Below are positions 40,698 to 50,460 of a stretch of 64,000 bases of DNA, piece after piece. Positions within the stretch are counted from its first letter, which is position 1. Each line of letters starts with the position of its first letter. Under the pieces are notes generated by a model, which was not told where the DNA came from, ran no database searches, and worked only from the letters and a program-made list of their open reading frames with translations. Source of the DNA: a virus. Taxonomy: Duplodnaviria > Caudoviricetes. A program made the translations under genes and the position numbers. The DNA is taken from the IMG/VR virus record IMGVR_UViG_3300049794_000047; one strand, 5' to 3'.

Positions 40698-40863
40698 GCC
40701 AAGTACTCACACGAAGAATGCCTCGCACTTGCACGCTTGGTACTGACCGACTGCAATAACGCCATCGGTCCAGCGTTCAGCCAGTTGCGCGCTCTATTCC
40801 CAATTCTCACGTTGCGCGAGGCGATCGCATTGATCGAGAAAGCACGGTTCGACCTCGCCCTTA

Positions 40864-40949
40864 GGAGCTGGACTTTATTAACTTGGTCATTTGAACGATT
40901 CCCCGACGAAGATCCACCAGAAATGACCAGGTTATTTCGTTCCAGCCCC
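40864..40949 (+). mobile_element. 86-bp MITE copy 8
   Basis: TTA duplication; interrupts the gene starting at 40695. Confidence 0.9.
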
Positions 40950-41014
40950 TTACAAAGATCTTCCAAGCCTCATAACCAGCCCGCCCCTTGCCAGGGCGCG
41001 GCAGTAGGATCATC

Positions 41015-41129
41015 CATGCTTATCCGGATAGCACCCAGAGCAAGAGTCGGTCCTCTGGTGAACCATTTGGAATTCCTCGGGATCGACGATCGGCAAAGTC
41101 CGCACAGGGGCAACAACCGGATAAGCATG
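41015..41129. mobile_element. 115-bp IS1595-derived MITE, second copy
   Basis: near-identical to 9737-9851; ends CATGCTTATCCGG / CCGGATAAGCATG. Confidence 0.9.
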
Positions 41130-41153
41130 GTTTGATCCATGCCTGTCCGGTTG

Positions 41154-42188
41154 TCACCCAACGCTCCCACTGGTAGTGCTCGGATGAATCCAATCTCCAT
41201 CGTACAACTCGTCATATGTGGGAGCCTCCTTCGTGACACTCAGGCCGAGCAACGAGCGGAAGCTGTTGAACGGGTAGAAGCGCCGGTTGAAGCGGAACAC
41301 GAACTCGTTCAGGTACGCCTGGAGGTGATCGGGCGACACGCCGTGATGCGTGCCGTTGATCCACGTTTTCAGGTTCGAGAACACGAGGTGGATCACGGGC
41401 AGGTAGTCCTCGGTGACTCCCGGCTCGCCGCGCTCGGGACACGCGAGGTGCTGGTAGCCGTGCCGAGCGAGGCCCGCGTAGCTCTGCGAGCCGTCGGTGA
41501 CGACCATCTCCGTGAGGGTGTCGACGTTCGCGGCGATGAAGCTGCCGCACGTCTTCGCGGTCTTGTCGGGGATGACCGCGAGGCGCAACCGCCCCGCATA
41601 GCGACCGCCGCGCCGGGGCTTCGCCTTGGTGTGCCGGTAGTCGTCCTCGCTCTCGATCTTCTCGACCTTGCGCTGCTTTACCTCGACCGCGCCGATCACG
41701 CGGATCTGATCGGTGACGCCTCGTCCCTTGCCGCGCGTGCGCCCGCCGACGTAGGTCTCGTCGACCTCGACGTGTGCGCGGGCGCCGATCGGCCCGCTCG
41801 TGGTCGCCATGCCGGCGCGGAGCTTGTGGAGGATCTGAAAGGCCGTCTCGTAGCGGGTGAGTCCGAGCTGGCGCTGCAACTGCACGGCGGACATGCCGGG
41901 CGTTTGGCTGGAGATCAGGAAGGCCGCCCAGAACCAGGTGCTCAGCGGCGTGTGGGTCCGCTCCATGATCGTGCCGGCAGTGAGTGCCGCATCCTTCTTG
42001 CAGCCCTTGCAGCGCAGCACGCCGGGGCGCGCGGCGAACCGGAACGGCTCCGCGGTGACGTTGCACCTCGGGCACTGGAAGCCGTCGCGCCAGCGGATCG
42101 CTTCGAGGTACTTCGCGCACGCGGCGTCGTCCGGGAACATCTTCATAAAGCCGGGGAGCGACTCGGGAAACTTGTCGGCCATGCACAT
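41154..42188 (-). CDS. IS1595-family transposase
   Basis: Zn ribbon CPRC..CKGC, VEVDETYVGG, VTDG, HLQAYLNEFVFRFNRR. Confidence 0.95.
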   Translation of the reverse strand: MCMADKFPESLPGFMKMFPDDAACAKYLEAIRWRDGFQCPRCNVTAEPFRFAARPGVLRCKGCKKDAALTAGTIMERTHTPLSTWFWAAFLISSQTPGMSAVQLQRQLGLTRYETAFQILHKLRAGMATTSGPIGARAHVEVDETYVGGRTRGKGRGVTDQIRVIGAVEVKQRKVEKIESEDDYRHTKAKPRRGGRYAGRLRLAVIPDKTAKTCGSFIAANVDTLTEMVVTDGSQSYAGLARHGYQHLACPERGEPGVTEDYLPVIHLVFSNLKTWINGTHHGVSPDHLQAYLNEFVFRFNRRFYPFNSFRSLLGLSVTKEAPTYDELYDGDWIHPSTTSGSVG

Positions 42189-42191
42189 AAC

Positions 42192-43019
42192 TTAGACCGC
42201 CTCGTCTTCGAGGTGGCGGGAGAGCGTCTCTGGCATTTCACACAGACCTCCGCACTGGACTGGCGGCTCGTTGTTGATGTGCCACTTGGGCTCGTCGATC
42301 AGGCGCAACATGCGCAGCGAAATCCGCACGCGCTTGCCGCCTCGGCGGTCGCTGAGAAACCAGGAGCCAGAGCCGAGGAGATCCTGAAGCTTGGCGACGT
42401 TCTCGTAGTTCTCTGGGTAGTGGAGATCGATGTGCTTCCAGTAGCCGAGGCCGCCCTTCGGGCATTTGAGACAGTTGCTGTTGTCGAATCCCTGGAGGTA
42501 CGGAACCGGAAGGACGAGGCCAGCGTCCGCAACGATCTGGAAGCAATCCTGTTTCGTGAGTCCCTCCTCGATCAGCGGCGCGATCACGTCACGGCCTGCG
42601 TTCGCGTCGACGAAGCTATCCAGGCGGTGCGCCTCGTCGGCCGTGTAGCCAAGCACCATCGTAGCTTCCGGGTGATATGCGTCGAGAATCTTGCCTTTGA
42701 GCAACTTGGAGCACGGCGCACCGTCGCGTCCGGCGATGAATCGCTTCGCAAACCAGACCTTGAGCGGGTCTGCATCGAACTTCGTATCGCGCAAGACCGT
42801 GATCGAACGAGCGAAGTAGCGTTCCGCGTCCGCGAGGAAGCGCCGGTTATCGGGGTGCTCTGCGGCAAGGAAGGCGTTGATCACCTCGACACGACTGCCG
42901 TAGCGGGCGAGCGCGATCTTGGTGGCGACGAACGACGCAGCGCCGCACGAGAATCGCGCGACAACTCGACCCTCTGGCACGGCGATTGCCGTTGTTTCGG
43001 AAAGGATTGCGGCGACCAT
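42192..43019 (-). CDS. PAPS-reductase-like (adenine nucleotide alpha-hydrolase) passenger protein
   Basis: RFSCGAAS loop, EHPDNRRF, GYTADE, NSNCLKCPKGGLGYW. Confidence 0.7.
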   Translation of the reverse strand: MVAAILSETTAIAVPEGRVVARFSCGAASFVATKIALARYGSRVEVINAFLAAEHPDNRRFLADAERYFARSITVLRDTKFDADPLKVWFAKRFIAGRDGAPCSKLLKGKILDAYHPEATMVLGYTADEAHRLDSFVDANAGRDVIAPLIEEGLTKQDCFQIVADAGLVLPVPYLQGFDNSNCLKCPKGGLGYWKHIDLHYPENYENVAKLQDLLGSGSWFLSDRRGGKRVRISLRMLRLIDEPKWHINNEPPVQCGGLCEMPETLSRHLEDEAV

Positions 43020-43138
43020 GCTCTACACACTAGCCATGGATACGTTGGGTGCCAACCGGATAGGCATGGTTTGATCCCCATCGCCCGGGGCTTACCCTTG
43101 CCAAGCTTGACGCGGGGCGTACGTCATCGGGCATCTAA

Positions 43139-43313
43139 GGGGCTGGAACGAAATAACCTGGTCATTTCGGGTGGATCTTCGTCCGAAAATCGGGCAAATG
43201 ACCAAGTTAATAAAGTCCAGCCCCTAAGGAGCTGGAACGAAATAACCTGGTCATCTCTGGTGGATCTTCGTCGGGGAATCGTTCAAATGACCAAGTTAAT
43301 AAAGTCCAGCCCC
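43139..43313 (-). mobile_element. two tandem 86-bp MITEs (copy 9: 43139-43224; copy 10: 43228-43313)
   Basis: TAA-element-TAA-element-TAA. Confidence 0.92.
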
Positions 43314-43879
43314 TAACTCAGAGAACGAAAGTCCGCACGGCTGGTGTGCGTGCGCTCCCTTGTCAGTCTTGTCATTACCTGCCTCAAAAACGGCGGCCTC
43401 AGTCGCCGGGATCTGTCTCTACGGACACCACCCACCACCCATAGACCGGATCCGGGCTTTGAAAGGGGCGCCGATCCATGTCAGATCCACCGCCCATCCC
43501 GGGTAGACTTCACCCACACGATGCCAACTTGTCCTGATTCCCCGAGCCGCCCGCCCCGCGAGGAGCTCGATCGTCTGATCGATCTCGTCGCGTGGGCCAA
43601 GACCTGCTTGCTCATCGCCGCCGCGACCCCGCCCGGCAGCCCCCAGCGTGATCGCGAGGTGGCGAAACTGAAGAAGGCCGTCGTTGACCCCCGCCGCGTC
43701 ACCAACGAAATCTTGGGCAGACTGCAGGAACTGCCAGACGCCATCCGCGTCGAGCTGCGTGTATGTGAGTTGGCGATCCCCAAGCTCGAGGCCGGAGCCA
43801 TCCTTCGCCAGTCTCCGCCGCACGGTGATGCAGGACACACGTCGCAGCCCTCCAAGACCCCAACCCCCAAGAGCGGATC

Positions 43880-45010
43880 ATGAACGCGACCCCCGGAGCA
43901 CGAGACCTCTACGAGGTACTCGAAGTCCCACGCGCGGCGAGCGACGTTGACCTCAAGAAAGCGTACCACCGCCTCGCAAAGAAGTACCACCCCGATGTGT
44001 GCCCAGGCGACAAGGCCGCCGAGGACAAATTCAAGGAGGCCGCGAACGCCTACCAGGTTCTTTCCAACAGCGAACGGCGCGCCGCCTATGATCGCTTCGG
44101 TCTCGACGGGCTGCGACGCGGGGGCTCACCCGGGGCTGAACCACCCTTCGAGGGCTTCAAAAACGTCGAGGACATCTTCTCGACGTTCGGAAACTTGTTC
44201 GGCGAGTTCTTCACCCAACGTGCGACAAGATCCACGTGCGGTGCAGACCTGCACCTTGAGATCCGCCTAGCCTTCCACGAGGCCGTATGGGGAACACGCC
44301 GAGACGTGAAGCTCACCCGGACAGTCAACTGCTCGACGTGTGACGGAACTGGCGCGGCGCGCGGAGGCAGAGCAGAAACCTGTCGACCCTGCCAGGGCAA
44401 AGGCCAGGTCGTCCACGCCCAGGGCTTCTTCATGGTGCAGACAACGTGCTCACAGTGCCAGGGCCGTGGCAGGACGATCAGTGTCCCGTGCGTCAGCTGC
44501 CACGGCCGAGGTCTCGGGCCCGAAACGGCCACCCTCTCACTGACGATCCCCCCCGGCGTTAGCCACAAGCAGACACTCCGCGTCGGCGGCAAGGGCGAAT
44601 GCGCACCCGGCGGCACACCTGGCGATCTCTACGTCCTCCTTCACGTGACGAATGACGACAGGTTCACGCGCGAAGAAGACAACGACGTCACCAGTGAGGT
44701 ATCGATCAGCTTCGCCCGAGCCGCCCTCGGCGGGGAAGTCGAAGTCGACACGCTCGACGACGCTTGTCATGGCACCGCAATCCTGGAGCTCGCCCCAGGC
44801 ACACAACCCGACGACCTGGTCGTGCGCCGCGGGCAGGGCGTGCCGCGCCTCGACGGCCACGGACGGGGCGACCACCTGATCCAGTTCAAGGTGGAGGTCC
44901 CCAGGAAGCTGACGGACAAACAGGCAAAGATCCTGTGCGAGTTCGCGGCGGAACTTGGCGAGGAGCTGGGCGCGAAGAGCAAACGCCCTAAGAAGCGGCG
45001 AAACAGGTGA
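43880..45010 (+). CDS. dnaJ: DnaJ molecular chaperone (type A)
   Basis: J-domain HPD, DIF motif, four CxxCxGxG, C-terminal domain. Confidence 0.95.
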   Translation: MNATPGARDLYEVLEVPRAASDVDLKKAYHRLAKKYHPDVCPGDKAAEDKFKEAANAYQVLSNSERRAAYDRFGLDGLRRGGSPGAEPPFEGFKNVEDIFSTFGNLFGEFFTQRATRSTCGADLHLEIRLAFHEAVWGTRRDVKLTRTVNCSTCDGTGAARGGRAETCRPCQGKGQVVHAQGFFMVQTTCSQCQGRGRTISVPCVSCHGRGLGPETATLSLTIPPGVSHKQTLRVGGKGECAPGGTPGDLYVLLHVTNDDRFTREEDNDVTSEVSISFARAALGGEVEVDTLDDACHGTAILELAPGTQPDDLVVRRGQGVPRLDGHGRGDHLIQFKVEVPRKLTDKQAKILCEFAAELGEELGAKSKRPKKRRNR

Positions 45011-45065
45011 GCCGCGCGACCGCGCGGCTGTCCCACGTAGCACACGTTGCATATAACCACGCGGC

Positions 45066-45686
45066 ATGGGAGTCTTCATCTGCAGGCCGTGCGATATCGA
45101 CAGAACAGCCAAAGCGTGTCTGATGACGAACAAGCGTACATTTGACCCAAGGACCCCTCGGATCCGCGTGCTCCGTGATAGCTTCTTTGCCGTCCCGTCG
45201 CACGGCCACCTCCGGTGGACAGAGGCGACGCCAGAATCGGCACACCGCCACAGTTTCGAGTGCGGCTGCACAGTGAATGCCGATCGCAGGCCGTCGGGAC
45301 GACCCGAATCAGTCCGACAGGAGATCCGGATCGTATGGGAGGACTGTGTGATCCGGATTGAGGACGAGGGCTCCTGTCCGTGGGTGACGTTCCGGAAGGC
45401 GGGCGATGCCGAAGCGTGGATCGCCCGTTACGCGACCGGGAAGGTCTTCCAGCAGGCCAGCGAGGTCCGGCAGCTCGCTCGGCCACACACACGCGCCCAG
45501 ACCGCCCCGGTCGTCGCCGTCCAGTTGGCCGTCGAGGCCGACTATGCCCTCACGAGCGGGGCGACGGAACTCCGACGCTTGTTGCGCCCGTTCGCCTTCG
45601 CGATAGAAGGCACGGAACTGTTCCGGCGAGCTGGGGAGATCAAGGTAGAGGCAGAGGAGAGGTGTAGGCGCAAGGGCAGGGGCTAG
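45066..45686 (+). CDS. hypothetical protein
   Basis: 206 aa ORF. Confidence 0.55.
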   Translation: MGVFICRPCDIDRTAKACLMTNKRTFDPRTPRIRVLRDSFFAVPSHGHLRWTEATPESAHRHSFECGCTVNADRRPSGRPESVRQEIRIVWEDCVIRIEDEGSCPWVTFRKAGDAEAWIARYATGKVFQQASEVRQLARPHTRAQTAPVVAVQLAVEADYALTSGATELRRLLRPFAFAIEGTELFRRAGEIKVEAEERCRRKGRG

Positions 45687-45970
45687 TGATATGGCCCTGC
45701 CTGACCTCGCTACCCTCATGAATATGATAGAGCACTACATGGCGCAGCTCGAGCGGGCGATGCGCCGTGAGCGCGGCAAGCGCGGGGCGCATATCGTCAA
45801 TATCCATGAATTTGACAGGTCGCTGATCGAACTCATGCAGTACGTCCATGGGCAACTTCCCGCATCAGCCGCACACGCCGTGATTGCGGCAATCGTGCGC
45901 GGTATTCTCGAGGGCCACGGCATTATCGACTACGGAAATCCGTCGTGATCTACAAGGATCGGAATTAGGC

Positions 45971-46546
45971 GTGTCATGGGAAAATGCCGATCTGCTCCGG
46001 CAACTACGCGCGGACGCGGTCGCTCGCGGGCTCTGCATGTCCTGTCGGGCACGGCAGTCGCGCACGGGGGTCAAGACTTGCGATGTCTGTCTTGATCGCC
46101 GCAAGGGCGCCGTGCGCGTTCGTCATGCTCAGGGGCGCTGCAAATGCGGCACGGCCCTCCGCAATCGCCGATTCAAGCAATGCCCGCAATGTCGGAAGGC
46201 CGCTCGTGCCAGGGAGCGCCGTCCAACAGACTTGATCCGGCGATTGCGTGCCGACGCCGTCGCGAGCGGGCTCTGCATGACCTGTCGGATCCGCCGGCCG
46301 CGCCCGTGGGTCAAGACCTGCGACGTCTGCCTGGGGCACGGAAAAAAGGTCGTGCAATCACGTCGTGCCCGGGGCGGTTGCAGCGGGTGTGGCGCGGTCC
46401 TCCGCGATCGGTTCAAACTATGCCGACGGTGTCGGAAGGCTCGTCGCGCCCAAGATCAGCGCCGACAGCAGCGCCTGATCGCATGCGTATATGTCCGAGC
46501 GCTGTTGCGCGTTCGAGTGCTGCCGTCCGGCAGAGTGATTTTATAG
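45971..46546 (+). CDS. Cys/Arg-rich protein with an internal duplication
   Basis: LRADAVAxGLCMxCR...VKTCDVCL repeated twice. Confidence 0.6.
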   Translation: MSWENADLLRQLRADAVARGLCMSCRARQSRTGVKTCDVCLDRRKGAVRVRHAQGRCKCGTALRNRRFKQCPQCRKAARARERRPTDLIRRLRADAVASGLCMTCRIRRPRPWVKTCDVCLGHGKKVVQSRRARGGCSGCGAVLRDRFKLCRRCRKARRAQDQRRQQRLIACVYVRALLRVRVLPSGRVIL

Positions 46547-46959
46547 GTGAACTTGGACATGCCTCAATCTGGTCATTTGTACGACGAATGCAAGAGCATT
46601 CGTACGACGCGTCGCAGAAGTGTGCATTTTCCCCTGCCAGATCGTCCGACGCCCCCGACGTGGAAGCAGACCCACGAGCGTCCGCGAGCGCCCTTTCACG
46701 ACTGACCGCCCTGACTGCGGCGAGCATCATGGTTCAGTGCTGGTGCTTGCGCAGCACCACAAACCGCGTCGCGGTTCATGGCCAGCCCCTGACCGCGGTG
46801 AGCGGCAGGATCCAGTTCTGCCGCTTGCGCAACGCCGCGACCTCGTCGGCGACCCGCTCCGGTTCCCAGAGCCAGAGGTGTGCACTGCCGAGGTCGTAGC
46901 CGCGACGGCAGGTCGCCGGGTCGTAGATGTACGCGTCGATCGCGCTTTTGAGAGCGTAA

Positions 46960-46995
46960 GGGGCTGGAACGAAATAACCTGGTCATTTCGGGTGG
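46960..46995 (-). mobile_element. truncated 86-bp MITE (copy 11)
   Basis: TAA + GGGGCTGGAACGAAATAACCTGGTCATTTCGGGTGG, then unrelated sequence. Confidence 0.85.
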
Positions 46996-47832
46996 GATGT
47001 GAATTCCCAAGTGCCCAAGCGTCGCCATGGTTCTCCAAGGAGCAGTCTATCGTCTATCGCGGCCGAGCCCACTCAGGAACCGGTCGAGATATGATCGCCG
47101 CCCAGGCCGTGCTCGGTGACGCTCGTCCAAGTCCGTGGCCATCCGCGCCACCGAGGAGGAACGCGCGGCGTGGGTCAGTGCCGCAGTGCCGCCGACCACC
47201 TCAAGCGCGCACTGTCAGAGTGGTGTGACGGCCTCATCGTGGAGCGCGACCATCTCCTCGGCGAGCATCACGATCGCGTTAGCGGTCAGCTCCGCGAGTT
47301 GTCGATGAGTCCCTCGCGGCAGACATGGTCAGCCTCCGATGTGTGCTCGGCGATCTGCTGTACCGCGGTCGCGACCAGGCCGAGGCGCTCGACGAGCGCG
47401 ACGACGTGACCGTGGCGCGAGCAGCCCCACGCGTCGACCTGCGGCCGATCGAGTTGGCGCATGACGCGCTGGACGGCCGCCCGCACGTCCTCGGCCCCCA
47501 ACCTCACGGCGCCCCTCGGTCGACTATCATCTCCTCGTCCACGAAATCGTCCGGCGGGTAGCCGCGGTGCGGGCAGACCCGCGGCGACAGCCACTGGCGT
47601 GCGAGGCGCTGACCGCCGTTCCGTCGTTCGCGATGCTCATCGATCCCGACGCCGGCGAACCGCGCATGTGCAAGCACGAGCGCGGGCCTACCGCCCGTTG
47701 CTCGCGCGGTGTGCCAGCACGCGCTCGTCACATCATGGCTAAATCATTCAATAATCTAATGGCGTGGGTCGTCCTCCAAGGAAGCGCAGCTCGCGTTGGC
47801 CCATCTGGCCGCGGTGATGTAAAGTAGGACAA

Positions 47833-48660
47833 GTGACGCAACCCTTAGCAATGGTCAACCCGCGCGCTTTCTGGGATGAACTCGTTTCACCCGGAAAGAT
47901 CGCGCGCCTAAGGGCTGCAACGGAACCACCGCCGCTGACGGATGTCGAGACGCGCGATCCTGCCCGTCAACGCCGCGACGCATACCGTAGGTGGGTCGAC
48001 TGTGGTGGTGAGATTATCATGGGACAACTTCGTGCAGGCGCAGACGTCGAGGATGCAGTCGACTGCGTGTTCGATGATGATGACTGGCGCCGGCATCTTC
48101 AAGAGTACTTTCATTGGACCGAAGTGGCTCCACCAGAATTGCAGGCCCCGGAGACTCTCAAAACGCGATTTCCATGGGCAGCGGGACATGTTGTAAGTCC
48201 GCCCAATCGCAAGCTAGCAACCAGATGTGTAGAATTGCTAAACGCGACCTTTATTGCCCATGAACATCTGTTCGACGCGCAATATCAATGGCCGCGCTCG
48301 CATGATCATAGCAATGACGATGCTCAGGATCCGCTGTGGTTTCTGAGTGATCCAACCATTCCGGCTGCCTTGCGAACGGGTCTACTCAATCATCGGCGAG
48401 GCGCGGTGGCGGTTGTATCGACGTATCCATATACTCGACCCTCTGTGCGTCCTGATACTTTCGGGGATGTGGTCCGATTGGTTAAGTTTGCCAAGGATAG
48501 TCTCGAAAAATATCTACACGTTCTCGCAAACATCCCAGAGGCCGGCGTCAGTATTGTTGGGCCTGATCAACAAAGTATTTCACCACCAGAAGAAGATTTA
48601 GTTGAGCCATTTCGCGTTGCCTTGAAAAATGGAGCGGCGATTGGCGCCTCCTCGCGTTGA
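47833..48660 (+). CDS. hypothetical protein, visibly lower GC
   Basis: 275 aa ORF with many A/T-ending codons. Confidence 0.6.
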   Translation: MTQPLAMVNPRAFWDELVSPGKIARLRAATEPPPLTDVETRDPARQRRDAYRRWVDCGGEIIMGQLRAGADVEDAVDCVFDDDDWRRHLQEYFHWTEVAPPELQAPETLKTRFPWAAGHVVSPPNRKLATRCVELLNATFIAHEHLFDAQYQWPRSHDHSNDDAQDPLWFLSDPTIPAALRTGLLNHRRGAVAVVSTYPYTRPSVRPDTFGDVVRLVKFAKDSLEKYLHVLANIPEAGVSIVGPDQQSISPPEEDLVEPFRVALKNGAAIGASSR

Positions 48661-48989
48661 ACGACGAGCTCCAAGAGCACGCGACTGGGCGTTGCCTCAG
48701 AACCAGGGATCGCTGAGGTAGTTTCGAGGCAGCTCGTTCGATTGCGGGGCGCATGATTGGCTTGGACGCCACCTCAGTCATGAACCGCAAGATCTAGGGG
48801 CAGCGACATCGAATCAGGGGCAGTTGAATGAGAGGAGCCTGCTAGTGATCCTCGACGGAGAAACGCTCGTGATTCGATGTCACACGGGCGCAGTACGACA
48901 TCGTGGACACCCCTCGTCGCCTCTGGCGGGGGAACAGAACCACAGCGGCCCGCCGACGGTTGCATCCGCCGACGAGCCAAGGAGTCCAC

Positions 48990-49278
48990 GATGTCGAAGC
49001 ATCGCAACCCCCGCCCCAAGGTACCGAAGCTCCCTCCCCCTGACAACCTCGCCACCAGCCTCCTGATCCGGCACCTCTACGACGCCCTGGTCGAGCTGGA
49101 GGCCCTCGCCGTCACGGCTGACGAGGCCGTCACGATGCTGCCCGCCGGGCCAACCGGCAGGTACAAGCGGACCCTGGCCCGACTGTACTCGCTGGTTGGG
49201 AGAACCGCTGGCAAGGCGAGCGCCACCCTCGAGCTTGGCGAGGAGCTGGTCGATTTGCACGAGGCGATCAAGTCGTGA
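48990..49278 (+). CDS. hypothetical protein
   Basis: AAGGAG RBS before MSKHRNPRP (start coordinate approximate). Confidence 0.55.
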
Positions 49279-50460
49279 GCCCCCGCGCGCTCCGCCTCGC
49301 GGACGTCCTCTGCGGCCAGCTTGCCAAGCTTGGCCCCGGCGCGTGCTTGCTCAGGTTGCGGTGAGACCGACGGATACTCCACGAGTTAACTTCGGGGCCT
49401 ACAGAGAGCGCAGTCGTTGCAGTATCCTTTTGGGAGCCAGATCTCGAACTCCTGCAAATCCGAAGTTGCCAGCATCTTACGGAAAGGGTCACTGCCTGGA
49501 TGATCGCTGAGTCGCCGCACTATGTCCTCGACTTGTTCACGCGTTATCATGTGGCGTTCCTGATCCGTAGATGGCTTGGTCTTATTCATTAATTGTTTGC
49601 CTCAGAGCAATAACATTGGAGACAGATGTCAGTTTTTCGAGTCTCGGCTCCTCGCGGCTTCGCGAGGTAGTCAACGGCATTCGCCTTCCGTGACTCCTCA
49701 TCGAGCTTGCGCACGTAAGCGGATCGCCGCCGTTTCAAGGTCGATCCCTGCGCCTCCAGCCGTGTCCAAGCCCTCGACGGCCGCAGCTGCGTAGCGGATC
49801 GCGGTCGTACGAAGCGCATCGTGTTTCTCATCGCTCATTTCGGGGCACGCCTCACGCCGACGTTCTCTTGTTCATTGCAAAACTGCAGTGATCACAGTAG
49901 GCTCCTCCACCGCTCTTGCGACAGATCCACGCGATCTGCGCGTCTGTGTGGACTGATCCGCCGCACGCCTCGCATGCGACTGGATCATCTGGTCGGATCT
50001 GCGCGAGAGCCTTCGCGCAATCAGAACAGAGCGGGATGTCATCAACTGCACGCTCGGAAGCATAACCATGGCAAGCAGCACACAGTTGTACTTGCCGACA
50101 TTCCACCAAAGACGGTCGCGAAGTCTGGCCGGTCTCAACGTCGATAACGACGGCGTGCGAGATGTGCTCGTACTCGTCGTAGAGAGCCAGTAGTGCGCCC
50201 TCAGGATCTTCCGCATTGCGCGTCGCGCTAAGGCGGTGCCTGATCTCCGGCACTCCTTGCGTTCGACCGACGAAATGGATATCGAATTGTTTCATACGTG
50301 GCATGCAGCCTCCGTGCGCAACATGTCGAGGACAGCAACGCCCCCCATGAGCAGCTCAGAGCGTTCTGTCCCAGCCTGCTTGACGACGGTTTCCTCATCT
50401 GCAAAATCATCCGGCGGCCGACAGGTGCGCTGAGCCGCGGGGGGCGCGAGGCGTTGGTTA

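Larger units (their letters stand above)
41138..43068 (-). mobile_element. IS1595-family element with passenger gene
   Basis: 26-bp imperfect TIRs CATGCCTGTCCGGTTGTCACCCAACG / CGTTGGGTGCCAACCGGATAGGCATG; 8-bp TSD GTTTGATC. Confidence 0.92.

Noticed and set aside
38585-40790. Diversity-generating retroelement TR/VR pair (P7/P8 duplication)
   Set aside because: Mismatches are not adenine-specific and no reverse transcriptase is in the window
41139-43316. 725-aa + strand ORF
   Set aside because: Antisense shadow of the IS1595 transposase and passenger, running through MITEs
45037-45068. Ninth promoter cassette (GTAGCACACGTTGCA before ATG 45066); also TGGCACGCTGAATGA at about 37893
   Set aside because: The first lacks the -24 GG, the second lacks the -12 GC, and neither has the upstream dyad
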